Positions 30,072 to 38,436 of a DNA stretch of 64,000 nt are shown here, one piece after another. The notes under the pieces were generated by a model. It was not told where the DNA came from and ran no database searches. It saw nothing but the letters and a program-made list of their open reading frames with translations. The DNA comes from an uncultured Candidatus Saccharibacteria bacterium (GTDB lineage Bacteria; Patescibacteriota; Minisyncoccia; Minisyncoccales; CAYUYO01), in contig CAYUYO010000001.1 of assembly GCA_964449385.1 (NCBI GenBank), positions 36,720 through 100,719 on the forward strand, in the 5' to 3' direction. The translations under genes were made by a program, and so were the position numbers. The first letter of the stretch is position 1, and every line of letters starts with the position of its first letter.

Positions 30072-30824
30072 TTAGCGAGTAAGCCATCCCCCGTCAACAG
30101 GTATCGTATGACCAGTAATATATTCCCCTTCTTCCGAACAGAGAAAGGCAACGGTATTAGCAATATCTTCTGGTTTACCTATTCTTCCGTAAGGAATATT
30201 GGCCATAAGTCCCGATTTAACCTCTTCCTGTGCCAGCATATCTTTGGTCATATCGGTAGCAATAACTCCTGGGGCAACAGCATTAACATTGATTTTATAT
30301 TTTCCCAATTCTAAAGCCAGCTCTTTTGTCATTGCTATTATTGCGCCTTTTGTAGCACAATAAACACTTGCCATTTCAAAACCGACAAAACCGGCAACAC
30401 TAGCAGTATTGACAATTTTACCGTAATTCTGCGATTTCATTTCGGGCAGTACATACTTTGTACATAAAATTGCACCCCTTAAGTTTATGGTTAATTCTTT
30501 ATCTATTGCCGAAGTTTCCATTTTATCTAATTCCTGCTGGATAAATATTCCGGCGTTATTCGCTAAAATATCAATTCTGCCAAATTTCTCTTTTACCGTT
30601 TTTACCGTTTGTTTAATTTCCTCTTCGTTTGTCACGTCCAATTTTAAAGCAAGTCCTTCTGAACCCAAACTTTCAATTTCTTCTACCACTTTTTGACAAT
30701 CCTCTTTTGAAATATCTGTTACTACAACTTTTGCTCCTTGTTTTGCTAATTTTAAGGCAATTGCTTTTCCGATTCCCCTTCTTGCTCCGGTGACAATAGC
30801 TACTTTGTTTTTTAAATCAGACAT
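30072..30824 (-). CDS. SDR-family oxidoreductase (FabG-like 3-oxoacyl-ACP reductase)
   Basis: TGARRGIGKA, NAG, catalytic YCATKGA. Confidence 0.8.
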   Translation of the reverse strand: MSDLKNKVAIVTGARRGIGKAIALKLAKQGAKVVVTDISKEDCQKVVEEIESLGSEGLALKLDVTNEEEIKQTVKTVKEKFGRIDILANNAGIFIQQELDKMETSAIDKELTINLRGAILCTKYVLPEMKSQNYGKIVNTASVAGFVGFEMASVYCATKGAIIAMTKELALELGKYKINVNAVAPGVIATDMTKDMLAQEEVKSGLMANIPYGRIGKPEDIANTVAFLCSEEGEYITGHTIPVDGGWLTR

Positions 30825-30867
30825 ATTTATTTATTTTTTATTGAATAATTTAAATTATAATCGACCT

Positions 30868-32052
30868 TTAAACTAATCCCAAAATCATAGCTATTCCTAA
30901 TCCTAAAATTATAAGACCGGAAATTAAATTAAGATATTTCAGATTTTTTGCTTCCCAACTTAAAATATTTTCTGTCCTGCTTAAACCAAAATAAACCATT
31001 AAAACTATAGCCAGCATCGGTAAAATAAATATTAAGTTATAAAGCAATAACCAGGGAAAAGCTTCACAGACACATAAGACGGATAAAATCCCACCGCAGA
31101 TAATATAAGGCCCGATAGTACAGGGAAGCAAAAATATCGTTACAAAGGCTCCGACCAGAAAAGCTCCTCGAGGACTGGTTACCTTATTAATAATTTTATC
31201 TACTCTTGGTGATATCTTACAAGTTGTTTTATTCTGAAAAAAATCTTTAAGACTAAAACAACCTAGTATTATCGCTCCCGCACCCAGAATTTTATAAAGC
31301 CACGGTCTAACAATAGTTAGTATCTGGATAAGCTGAAAAGATTTAATAATTATCAAACCGTAAATTAAATACATTATAAAAACCGAAGTAATAAAAGCTA
31401 ATCCGGCCAGTAAAACATTTTTTCTTTTGGAAGGATTATAACTTAAGATAGCAATAAGCATTAGAATTAAAACAGCCATAGCACATGGATTAACTGCATC
31501 AACCAACGCTAAAGAAATAATTTTGGAAAAAGTGAGCTTTGTTATGTTTTCTTCTATTGGCGGCTTTTCATTGTTATTTTCTTCCGGAATTATTTCCCCA
31601 TTCATCCAAACTTTTGGAGAACCTTGTAAAGAACTAATGTCTAATTCATTAAAACTAATCAAAGTCCCATCTATCATCGGACATTTGTTTCCATCAAGAG
31701 TTTCAATTTTTCCTCTAATATTTTCTAAAATCGGCTTATCCCCTGCTATATGCTCCTCTTGATTAAATATTATCAAAGGTATGCCTAATCCTGAATTATA
31801 TTTTTCATTATATTCGTAAAGCAGAGGAGCGTTTTCTTTTTGCTGATAAATTTCATATTCTATTATCACTAAATCAGGATATTCTTTCGGCAATTGCTCT
31901 AAAACTATTGGGTCTGCTTTAGCACAATGAGGACAGCCGATCCCGGTAAAATAAACTGCACAGGTAAAATCATTTTTAGCTAAACTAAAATTAGGAATTA
32001 AAAAAAATCCTAAAATTAAAATAATTATAATAAAAAATATTCTCTTATTCAT
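30868..32052 (-). CDS. CcdA/DsbD-family thiol:disulfide transmembrane electron transporter with N-terminal extracytoplasmic thioredoxin-like (CPHC) domain
   Basis: Signal/anchor, then GIGCPHCAKADP. The TM domain carries the two conserved CcdA Cys (DAVNPCAM and LLPCTIGPY). Confidence 0.7.
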   Translation of the reverse strand: MNKRIFFIIIILILGFFLIPNFSLAKNDFTCAVYFTGIGCPHCAKADPIVLEQLPKEYPDLVIIEYEIYQQKENAPLLYEYNEKYNSGLGIPLIIFNQEEHIAGDKPILENIRGKIETLDGNKCPMIDGTLISFNELDISSLQGSPKVWMNGEIIPEENNNEKPPIEENITKLTFSKIISLALVDAVNPCAMAVLILMLIAILSYNPSKRKNVLLAGLAFITSVFIMYLIYGLIIIKSFQLIQILTIVRPWLYKILGAGAIILGCFSLKDFFQNKTTCKISPRVDKIINKVTSPRGAFLVGAFVTIFLLPCTIGPYIICGGILSVLCVCEAFPWLLLYNLIFILPMLAIVLMVYFGLSRTENILSWEAKNLKYLNLISGLIILGLGIAMILGLV

Positions 32053-32680
32053 CTTTTACAAACAGTCCGCAATAACAATGGCCATCTTTTTCAATTTCTT
32101 CTTTATGCCATTGGCAAGGACAGATTTTAGGTCTATCTTCTTCTATATCTTCGGTTATTCTTCTACATGGACAATATCGAGCTCCATATTTTTTCTCGTT
32201 TACCAAAAGTCCTTTTATTAATCTTTCAACTGCTGTTTTATCAAGGTTTAATCTAAAACCGTTCTTCTTAGCATAGTCTTTATACCATTTAATCATCTCT
32301 TCTTTTTCTTCTTTCTCTTCGCCTTTATTTTTTATTTCTTCTTTCTCTTCTTCTTTTTTACTATCTTCTAACATTTTATCTAACATTTCTTTGACTGTCT
32401 GCTCTGGTCTCACTCCAATAAATCCACTAATCGGCTTTTCATTTTTAAATAAAATAACTGTGGGAATTTGATCGATTCCAAATTTTTGGGCAGTTTGACG
32501 AGCTTCATCTACATTAACTTCAGCTAAAATGACTTTATCTTCGTATTCTTGGGCTAATTTTTCCAAAATCGGCGATAATATATTACATGGTCCGCACCAA
32601 GTTGCCCAAAAATCAACCAAAACAGGTTTGTCAGCTTTCTCTAAAAATTGTTCAAAATTTTGATCAGTTAAATTAACCAT
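32045..32680 (-). CDS. thioredoxin fused to ferredoxin:thioredoxin-reductase catalytic-subunit-like domain
   Basis: N-terminal DFWATWCGPCNILSP (Trx WCGPC). C-terminal RYCPCRR...ICPCQ...GHCYC resembles the FtrB CPC/CPC/CHC Fe-S/disulfide centre. Start placed at MVNLTDQNF just after the ferredoxin stop. Confidence 0.65.
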   Translation of the reverse strand: MVNLTDQNFEQFLEKADKPVLVDFWATWCGPCNILSPILEKLAQEYEDKVILAEVNVDEARQTAQKFGIDQIPTVILFKNEKPISGFIGVRPEQTVKEMLDKMLEDSKKEEEKEEIKNKGEEKEEKEEMIKWYKDYAKKNGFRLNLDKTAVERLIKGLLVNEKKYGARYCPCRRITEDIEEDRPKICPCQWHKEEIEKDGHCYCGLFVKDE

Positions 32681-32681
32681 T

Positions 32682-32867
32682 TTATTTTTTTGATGTTTCC
32701 TCAATCGCTCCCATTGGACAAATACTTTCTCCTCCGCATTTTTCAAGTTTTTCCGAATTAATAATTTCGGCTTTACCATCTTTTCCTATTTGAGTTGCTT
32801 CAGGACAATTTGCTACGCAAAGACCACAACCAATACATTTTTCTTTGTTCACCTTAAATTTTGCCAT
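32682..32867 (-). CDS. 4Fe-4S ferredoxin
   Basis: 61 aa, CIGCGLCVANCP ... CGGESICP. Confidence 0.8.
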   Translation of the reverse strand: MAKFKVNKEKCIGCGLCVANCPEATQIGKDGKAEIINSEKLEKCGGESICPMGAIEETSKK

Positions 32868-32910
32868 AATATATTTTTAATTTAATTTCCAATTATTTAA
32901 ATTTGTCTTA

Positions 32911-33744
32911 TTACTTATTAAAGCTTAAAAGTTTTCCCTTAGAATAAGCCTCAACCAGTTTTTTAGAATAAGGAATCTCTTTTTCGATTTTTATCTTAAA
33001 TTTTTTGGAAATTTTTTCAATTGTTTTTTTATTTCCTAAATCTGACTGATTTAAGATTATTTTTGCTTTAATTTTTAGTTTTTTACATAAATCCAAAATT
33101 AAATTTAAATCAGAAGCTCCCATTGGAGTTGGTTCGGTAACGCAAAAAGCCAAATCACAGTCCAATAAAGCAGAAATTACTGGACAGTGAGTGCCGGCAG
33201 CAGTATCAAATAAAATATAGTCTATTTTATTTTTTTCTGCAAATTTTAAAGCAAAGTTTTTAACTTCGGTAACCACTGGCCCAGTTTCTTCCAATCCAGG
33301 ATTAGCTGCTCCTGTTACCAGCCAATAATCTTTTTTAATTTGAGTAAGATAAATTTGTCCTGTTTCTTCTTTTTGAGGTTTAATCGCTCCATAAGGACAA
33401 ACTATCCAACAGGCACCGCAACCTGAACATAAGTCTTTAAGAAAAACCGGATACTGGCCAGGAGCTTGAAAGATAGCATTACTTCGACAAGTTTTGGTAC
33501 ACAAACCACATTTAGTACATTTTTTTTTAATTAATTTTGGAAACTCAGCATAAACTTTTTGTCGAGGTTTTCTTAATTTTTGTCCTAAAAGAAGATAATC
33601 ATTAGGACATTCAACATCACAATCACAAAGAATAACTTTTTTATTTTTCCTAACTAATTTATTGGCAAATAAAATAGCAACAGTTGATTTCCCGACGCCT
33701 CCCTTTCCTCCTGTTATACTTATAGTTTTAATTCTCTGAGCCAT
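32911..33744 (-). CDS. MinD/ParA-superfamily P-loop ATPase with inserted 4Fe-4S ferredoxin domain (second copy)
   Basis: GGKGGVGKST plus CTKCGLCTKTC...CSGCGACWIVCP. Confidence 0.75.
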   Translation of the reverse strand: MAQRIKTISITGGKGGVGKSTVAILFANKLVRKNKKVILCDCDVECPNDYLLLGQKLRKPRQKVYAEFPKLIKKKCTKCGLCTKTCRSNAIFQAPGQYPVFLKDLCSGCGACWIVCPYGAIKPQKEETGQIYLTQIKKDYWLVTGAANPGLEETGPVVTEVKNFALKFAEKNKIDYILFDTAAGTHCPVISALLDCDLAFCVTEPTPMGASDLNLILDLCKKLKIKAKIILNQSDLGNKKTIEKISKKFKIKIEKEIPYSKKLVEAYSKGKLLSFNK

Positions 33745-33749
33745 TTCTT

Positions 33750-34991
33750 TTATTTTTTCCTGGTTGGTTCTTCTAAAAGTTTAAGTTTTTCTTTCGAAAA
33801 TTTCTCTAAAAGTTCTTTTACACTTCCATCTACTCCCTGATAAACATCTACTACGTTATCTCTTAAAGTATGGAGAGAAATCGGTCCCATTTCTTTAGTA
33901 ATGATTGAATCAATTTTTTCTTCCAATACAAAATTTGAAGCTTCCAGCCCAGCTCTCATTTTTCTTTCTAAAAAAGGATTGTTCTTAAAATAAAAACTTT
34001 TAACTTCCCCTTTTTCAAATTCAATAAACATAAATTTTTTAGCTCTTCCAAAATGATTTGAAATCTCAGAATCCAAACCTTTTTCTTCTTCTATTGGAAT
34101 AGATAGTTTATGACTATCGGCAATTTCCGGAGCTATTCCAACTATTAAAGAATCTATAGTCTTCACTTTGTTTTTTATTTCTCTTTCAATATTGTTTGAA
34201 ATTTCCCTGGCTCGATTAATACTTACGCTCCGCCCCAATTTAACCTGAACTTCTCCAAAAATAAAAGGACCGGCTTTTCTCAATCTCAATCCTTTAAATC
34301 CCCTTACCCCGGAAATATTCTCCAAAATTTTTTTTATCTTTTCCTCTATCTCTTTACTGGGAGAAACATCCATTAAAGCAAAAATTGAATCTTTAGCGGA
34401 TTCAATTCCTATTTTAAAAATAAAAAAGGAAATTAAAATTCCCATAATTCCCTCCAAATACATAATTCCAAACCACCTGGCAAACAAACCGATTAAAACA
34501 ATTCCAGAAGAAAACAAATGCATTCTGGATTCTTTCCCGTCTGTCATTAAACTTTGAGAATTAATTTTCTGGCCTATTTTCATCTCATAGGTTCCAATAA
34601 AAAACATTACTATAGCATCCAATATTGCCACTCCAATTGCTATCAAAGGAATATTTAGTTCTCCTAAAGTAAAAATTTTACCAATAGCTTCTTTAATTAT
34701 TTCAAACCCAGCAAATAAAATTAAGCCGGAAATAATTAAAGCTGTAATATTTTCTACTTTGTAAAAGCCATAAGGAAATTTTTCAGTTGAAGGCTTTTGA
34801 GCAATTTTTAAACCAAACCAGGCAAAAAAGGTAGAAAAAGAATCAGCAGTACTATGAATAGCATCTGCCAATAAAACAACACTTCCAGAAATAAAACCTG
34901 CTACAGCTTTGGCTATAGCAAATAAAACGGTAACAGTTCCTGCTATCAATGCTGCTTTTTGCCCTTTTTTAAAAATATCTATATCTGCCAT
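33750..34991 (-). CDS. cation-diffusion-facilitator (CDF) transporter fused to a C-terminal NifX/NifB-like (dinitrogenase FeMo-cofactor-fold) domain
   Basis: CDF TM core (LLADAIHSTADS...). The C-terminal ~110 aa (HFGRAKKFMFIEF...GPISLHTLRDNVVDVYQG) parallels the standalone NifX-like protein at 35009-35413. Confidence 0.65.
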   Translation of the reverse strand: MADIDIFKKGQKAALIAGTVTVLFAIAKAVAGFISGSVVLLADAIHSTADSFSTFFAWFGLKIAQKPSTEKFPYGFYKVENITALIISGLILFAGFEIIKEAIGKIFTLGELNIPLIAIGVAILDAIVMFFIGTYEMKIGQKINSQSLMTDGKESRMHLFSSGIVLIGLFARWFGIMYLEGIMGILISFFIFKIGIESAKDSIFALMDVSPSKEIEEKIKKILENISGVRGFKGLRLRKAGPFIFGEVQVKLGRSVSINRAREISNNIEREIKNKVKTIDSLIVGIAPEIADSHKLSIPIEEEKGLDSEISNHFGRAKKFMFIEFEKGEVKSFYFKNNPFLERKMRAGLEASNFVLEEKIDSIITKEMGPISLHTLRDNVVDVYQGVDGSVKELLEKFSKEKLKLLEEPTRKK

Positions 34992-35008
34992 ATTATTCTA
35001 TTCTTTAT

Positions 35009-35413
35009 CTATCTCCCTCTCCTTCTCCTATCAAACCCTCTGCCTTGACCTAAACCAAAATGACCAGGAGCAGTAGGCATTTTTTCTTCCTTTAATTCTC
35101 CTTTATTATATTTATCAAGAGTTTCTTTAACCGTTAAATCAAACACTCCAGGATAAATTTTAATTCCTGACATTTGTAAAACTGAAAAAGCATTGGGACC
35201 AAAATTTCCACAAATTACAATTATAGCTCCTTCTGAAACTACAAGTTGAGATGCTGCTACTCCAGCTCCTTTTCCAGATTGAACAGCTTGATTTGGAATA
35301 GCTTTAAATTCTTTGCTCTCTGAATCTATAATTAAAAAATAAGGGCAACGGCCAAAAATCGGCGAAATCTGAGAATTTAAATCAGGTCCAGTAGCACAAA
35401 TACAAATCTTCAT
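35009..35413 (-). CDS. NifX/NifB-like dinitrogenase FeMo-cofactor-family domain protein with Gly/Arg-rich tail
   Basis: MKICICATGPDL...IFGRCPYFLIID...VICGNFGPNAFSVLQMSGIKIY is typical of the family; tail GLGQGRGFDRRRRGR. Confidence 0.65.
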   Translation of the reverse strand: MKICICATGPDLNSQISPIFGRCPYFLIIDSESKEFKAIPNQAVQSGKGAGVAASQLVVSEGAIIVICGNFGPNAFSVLQMSGIKIYPGVFDLTVKETLDKYNKGELKEEKMPTAPGHFGLGQGRGFDRRRRGR

Positions 35414-35421
35414 AAATAAAT

Positions 35422-35634
35422 TTAGCGGTTTCGGGTCATTGAAGTACCGCATTTAGGACAGTGCTGCTCATAACAAGGAACACCTTGCTGGTGAGGAACT
35501 TTGTTTCCACATTTATGACAAATACATTCTCCTGAAGGTCCTAATCCAAAACCGCCAGATTGGCGACCTCTACCCCCTTTACCTAAACTTTGGCCTCCTC
35601 CTAATCTTTGACCAGATCCGCGTCCGTTAAACAT
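35422..35634 (-). CDS. Gly/Arg-rich small protein with C-terminal Cys-rich zinc-ribbon-like motif
   Basis: GRGSGQRLGGGQSLGKGGRGRQSGG...CICHKCGNKVPH...CPKCG. Confidence 0.45.
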   Translation of the reverse strand: MFNGRGSGQRLGGGQSLGKGGRGRQSGGFGLGPSGECICHKCGNKVPHQQGVPCYEQHCPKCGTSMTRNR

Positions 35635-35635
35635 A

Positions 35636-35935
35636 TTATTTTTTGTTTTTTTTAGTTTCTAATTCTTTTATTCTTTCTTCAATTGCTTTCATCTCTTCTC
35701 TTAAAACTTCTAAATCTTCACCTAATATTTCTTTTTCTTCTTTCGGAGTAGGAAGTTCTGGAGAATAAAAAGGATAGTTTCCCCAACCTCTACCTAAACC
35801 TCTACCAAATCCTCTCCCCCAACCAAATCCATAGGGATTCATATAGCCAGGATAAGGATATCCAGAACAATAACCAAATCCCCTTCCGGTTCTTGGTCCC
35901 AAACCTCTAGGACCCGTTCTATCTCCACGTGGCAT
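35636..35935 (-). CDS. DUF5320-like Gly/Arg/aromatic-rich protein with C-terminal coiled coil
   Basis: MPRGDRTGPRGLGPRTGRGFGYCSGYPYPGYMNPYGFGWGRGFGRG... then KEEKEILGEDLEVLREEMKAIEERIKELE. Family assignment is from memory. Confidence 0.5.
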   Translation of the reverse strand: MPRGDRTGPRGLGPRTGRGFGYCSGYPYPGYMNPYGFGWGRGFGRGLGRGWGNYPFYSPELPTPKEEKEILGEDLEVLREEMKAIEERIKELETKKNKK

Positions 35936-36034
35936 AGTTTTTTAAAATTAAATTTTTAGATAATACGACCTTTTTCTTTATAATATTTTTTAATTGCCTA
36001 ACTGTCAACTCTTTATATTCCTAATTCTATTCAA

Positions 36035-36060
36035 AATTAAAAAATGGCTGTAAAGCCATC
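36035..36060 (-). terminator. rho-independent terminator downstream of ORF 36099-36368
   Basis: On the minus strand: ggatggctttacagccat followed by ttttttaatttt. Confidence 0.55.
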
Positions 36061-36098
36061 CTTATCCTCTTTCCTATTTTAAATCTTTATATTTACTA

Positions 36099-36368
36099 TT
36101 AAATGTTCATGTTTAGAATTTCTTCGTAAGACAGGCCAATAAAATCCTTTAATTTATCAGCAATTAAGTCTAATTCTTGCTCACCCTGAATATTCTTGGC
36201 TCGAATTGTCGCTTCTTTTCCATTTTTAAAATCTAATTCTATTCTATCGTCTATTTCATCAAAGCGTTCCAATAAACACTTGTTCGGTTCAACATGATTA
36301 TAACCCTCGTACCTTCTTATTAATGGAAAACGGTCGCAGACTAAGTTTTTACTTTCTTTGACCTTCAT
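36099..36368 (-). CDS. hypothetical protein
   Basis: 89 aa, own terminator; no motif recognised. Confidence 0.4.
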   Translation of the reverse strand: MKVKESKNLVCDRFPLIRRYEGYNHVEPNKCLLERFDEIDDRIELDFKNGKEATIRAKNIQGEQELDLIADKLKDFIGLSYEEILNMNI

Positions 36369-36412
36369 TTCTTTATTTTAAATAACAAACTTGATATGTC
36401 AAGGCAAAGATA

Positions 36413-36440
36413 TTGACATAGTTGAAATAATAGCTATAAT
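36413..36440 (+). promoter_or_regulatory. near-consensus sigma70-type promoter (TTGACA-N16-TATAAT) with a 7-bp inverted repeat overlapping the -35
   Basis: ttgaca 36413-36418 and tataat 36435-36440, with atgtcaa...ttgacat palindrome. Reading by eye. Confidence 0.5.
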
Positions 36441-36519
36441 GAATCTAGACTTATAGTCGAAGTATCTTAAAGTAAGTTTTTGGCAATTCCAAAAAATTAG
36501 TAAAGGCTCAAATAAGTAG

Positions 36520-36555
36520 AGCGACTCGTAGTCATAAAAGGTCGCTTTATTTTTT
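36520..36555 (+). terminator. intrinsic-terminator-like hairpin + T-run between the promoter and the downstream zinc-ribbon gene (attenuator or 3' end of a small RNA)
   Basis: agcgac-N15-gtcgct followed by ttatttttt. Confidence 0.45.
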
Positions 36556-36575
36556 AACAAATTCATTAACTTTAT

Positions 36576-36764
36576 ATGGCATTCGAAAAATTTAACGAAT
36601 CCTCGAGAAGTGATTTTCCTCCTCGAGAAATGGTTAAGGGAAATTGGAAATGTACTGATTGCGGAAAAGAAATAACTGAACTTCCTTTTAAACCATCACC
36701 GGACAGACCGATTTATTGTCGAGACTGCTGGGCAAAAAGAAGAGCCCAGAGACCTGAACGATAA
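36576..36764 (+). CDS. CxxC-x17/18-CxxC zinc-ribbon domain protein
   Basis: 62 aa: KCTDCGKEITELPFKPSPDRPIYCRDCWAKRR. Confidence 0.55.
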   Translation: MAFEKFNESSRSDFPPREMVKGNWKCTDCGKEITELPFKPSPDRPIYCRDCWAKRRAQRPER

Positions 36765-36770
36765 AACAAA

Positions 36771-36803
36771 ACTCCCGCTAGATTTTAGCGGGAGTTTTTT
36801 ATT
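36771..36803. terminator. rho-independent terminator (ctcccgcta/tagcgggag hairpin + T-run), convergent junction
   Basis: aaaactcccgctagattttagcgggagttttttatttttt. Confidence 0.65.
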
Positions 36804-37392
36804 TTTTAAAAACAACAAATTTATATCCAAAGAAATTCCATGCAGAAGCACAAATAATTCCTATAATTTTACCGATATTTGCCCATACTACGGTTGAAAT
36901 ATTAAATTGAGGACCAATGTAATTAACCACTATTGAGGCAATTCCTACATGGATAGCTCCGCTTATTAAGGTAATGACAAAAAACTGGCTGAATTCCTTG
37001 TTTATTCTTTTCTTCTCCATTTTTTCAAAAACCCAAAATTTGTCTCCGGAATATTTAATAAGAGTAGCAATAATAAAAGAAGCTCCTACAAAAACTGAAT
37101 ATGCTGCGCCTTCTGTAATTTTAGTAAAACTCATAAAAAGGTTAAAAATACCAATATCAATTAATGTTGCCGCTCCACCCATTAAAAGAAACTTTCCTCC
37201 CTGTAAAATAATCAAATATTTTTTACCAAGGAAAGAAACAATAAACATCCCGAGCAAAGATAAGAAAGGAAAAACTATTATAATAAATTCTTTGTAAGGA
37301 ATTTCTCTTCCAATATTATTTAAAGTAATAAAGAGAAAAACTCCGATAAAGAAACCAATTATTGTACTGATTATTGCATCTGTTTTTTTCAT
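36799..37392 (-). CDS. GtrA-like polysaccharide-synthesis membrane protein
   Basis: 4 TM helices, KF..VG...T..D..I......Y..K..VF pattern, adjacent to glycosyltransferases. Confidence 0.5.
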   Translation of the reverse strand: MKKTDAIISTIIGFFIGVFLFITLNNIGREIPYKEFIIIVFPFLSLLGMFIVSFLGKKYLIILQGGKFLLMGGAATLIDIGIFNLFMSFTKITEGAAYSVFVGASFIIATLIKYSGDKFWVFEKMEKKRINKEFSQFFVITLISGAIHVGIASIVVNYIGPQFNISTVVWANIGKIIGIICASAWNFFGYKFVVFKK

Positions 37393-38423
37393 AATTTTCT
37401 CAAATATTGGGCAGCTTTTTCCGGTTCAATAGTTGAAATTTCCATGCCCATTCCCAATTCAAATCCTGCTAAAGAAGAAGTTCGCGGAAGAATTGTCCAG
37501 TGCCAATGATAATAAGGATATTCTTTGCCGTCGCAAGGAGAAGTATGAAGATAAAAATTATAGGCTGGATTTGATAATCCCTTATAAAGCTTCTTAAATA
37601 CCGTTTGAAAAGCTTCAGCCAAACTCCATTTTTCGTCTTCGCTAATTTTTTCAAAATAAGGAAGATGTTTTTTAGGAGATATTATAATCTGAAAAGCCAA
37701 TTTTGAAGCAAACGGACAAACAACAATAAATTTATTATTTTCAAAAACTTTTCTTTTTTTAACTTTCATATCCCATTTATTCAATTCGCAGTAAATACAC
37801 TTTCCAGATTTTTTATAATAATTTTTTGAGGTCTCAAGAGCTTTGTTTAAATCAACGTCAATCAACGGAGTAGTAATTATTTGAGAATGGGGATGAGTAA
37901 TTGAAGCTCCTGCTTTTTCTCCATAATTATGAAATATAGCAATGTGATTAACAAAAGTTTTATTCATTAAGTCTAAATATCTCTGATGATAAACGTCGAT
38001 CAATTCTTTAACTTCTTGTATGGTGAATTGAGCTAATGTTTTTTTATGGTCTCTTGTTACCACAACTTCGTGAAATCCTGCCGCATTCATTTTTTGATAA
38101 AACTCTCCTTCCTTTCTTTTTTCTAACTTCGGAAAAGGAATAAATGCCGGATACTTATTAGGAATGGAAACCGTAGTCCACTCTTTAGGAATTTTATTTG
38201 TCAAAATTTTTTTTCCCTTATTAAAAATTAAAACGGGCTTTTCCTGGCTTTCTAAATTACAAAATGGGCAATCTTTGGGCAAAATCTCTTTATCTTTTTT
38301 TCCTTTCGTCTTAAAATTTTCTGGTCTTTTAGCTCTTCCTGTGGCAATAATAACCCAGTTCTTACTAATAAGATCGTATCGCAATTCTGAAGGAAATTTT
38401 AATTGATTTTTTTTCTTTTGCAT
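37389..38423 (-). CDS. galactose-1-phosphate uridylyltransferase-like (GalT / HIT-superfamily nucleotidyltransferase)
   Basis: CPFCNLE zinc motif, HEVVV, active-site HPHSQ (HxHxQ). Confidence 0.65.
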   Translation of the reverse strand: MQKKKNQLKFPSELRYDLISKNWVIIATGRAKRPENFKTKGKKDKEILPKDCPFCNLESQEKPVLIFNKGKKILTNKIPKEWTTVSIPNKYPAFIPFPKLEKRKEGEFYQKMNAAGFHEVVVTRDHKKTLAQFTIQEVKELIDVYHQRYLDLMNKTFVNHIAIFHNYGEKAGASITHPHSQIITTPLIDVDLNKALETSKNYYKKSGKCIYCELNKWDMKVKKRKVFENNKFIVVCPFASKLAFQIIISPKKHLPYFEKISEDEKWSLAEAFQTVFKKLYKGLSNPAYNFYLHTSPCDGKEYPYYHWHWTILPRTSSLAGFELGMGMEISTIEPEKAAQYLRKL

Positions 38424-38436
38424 TTTATTACTATCT

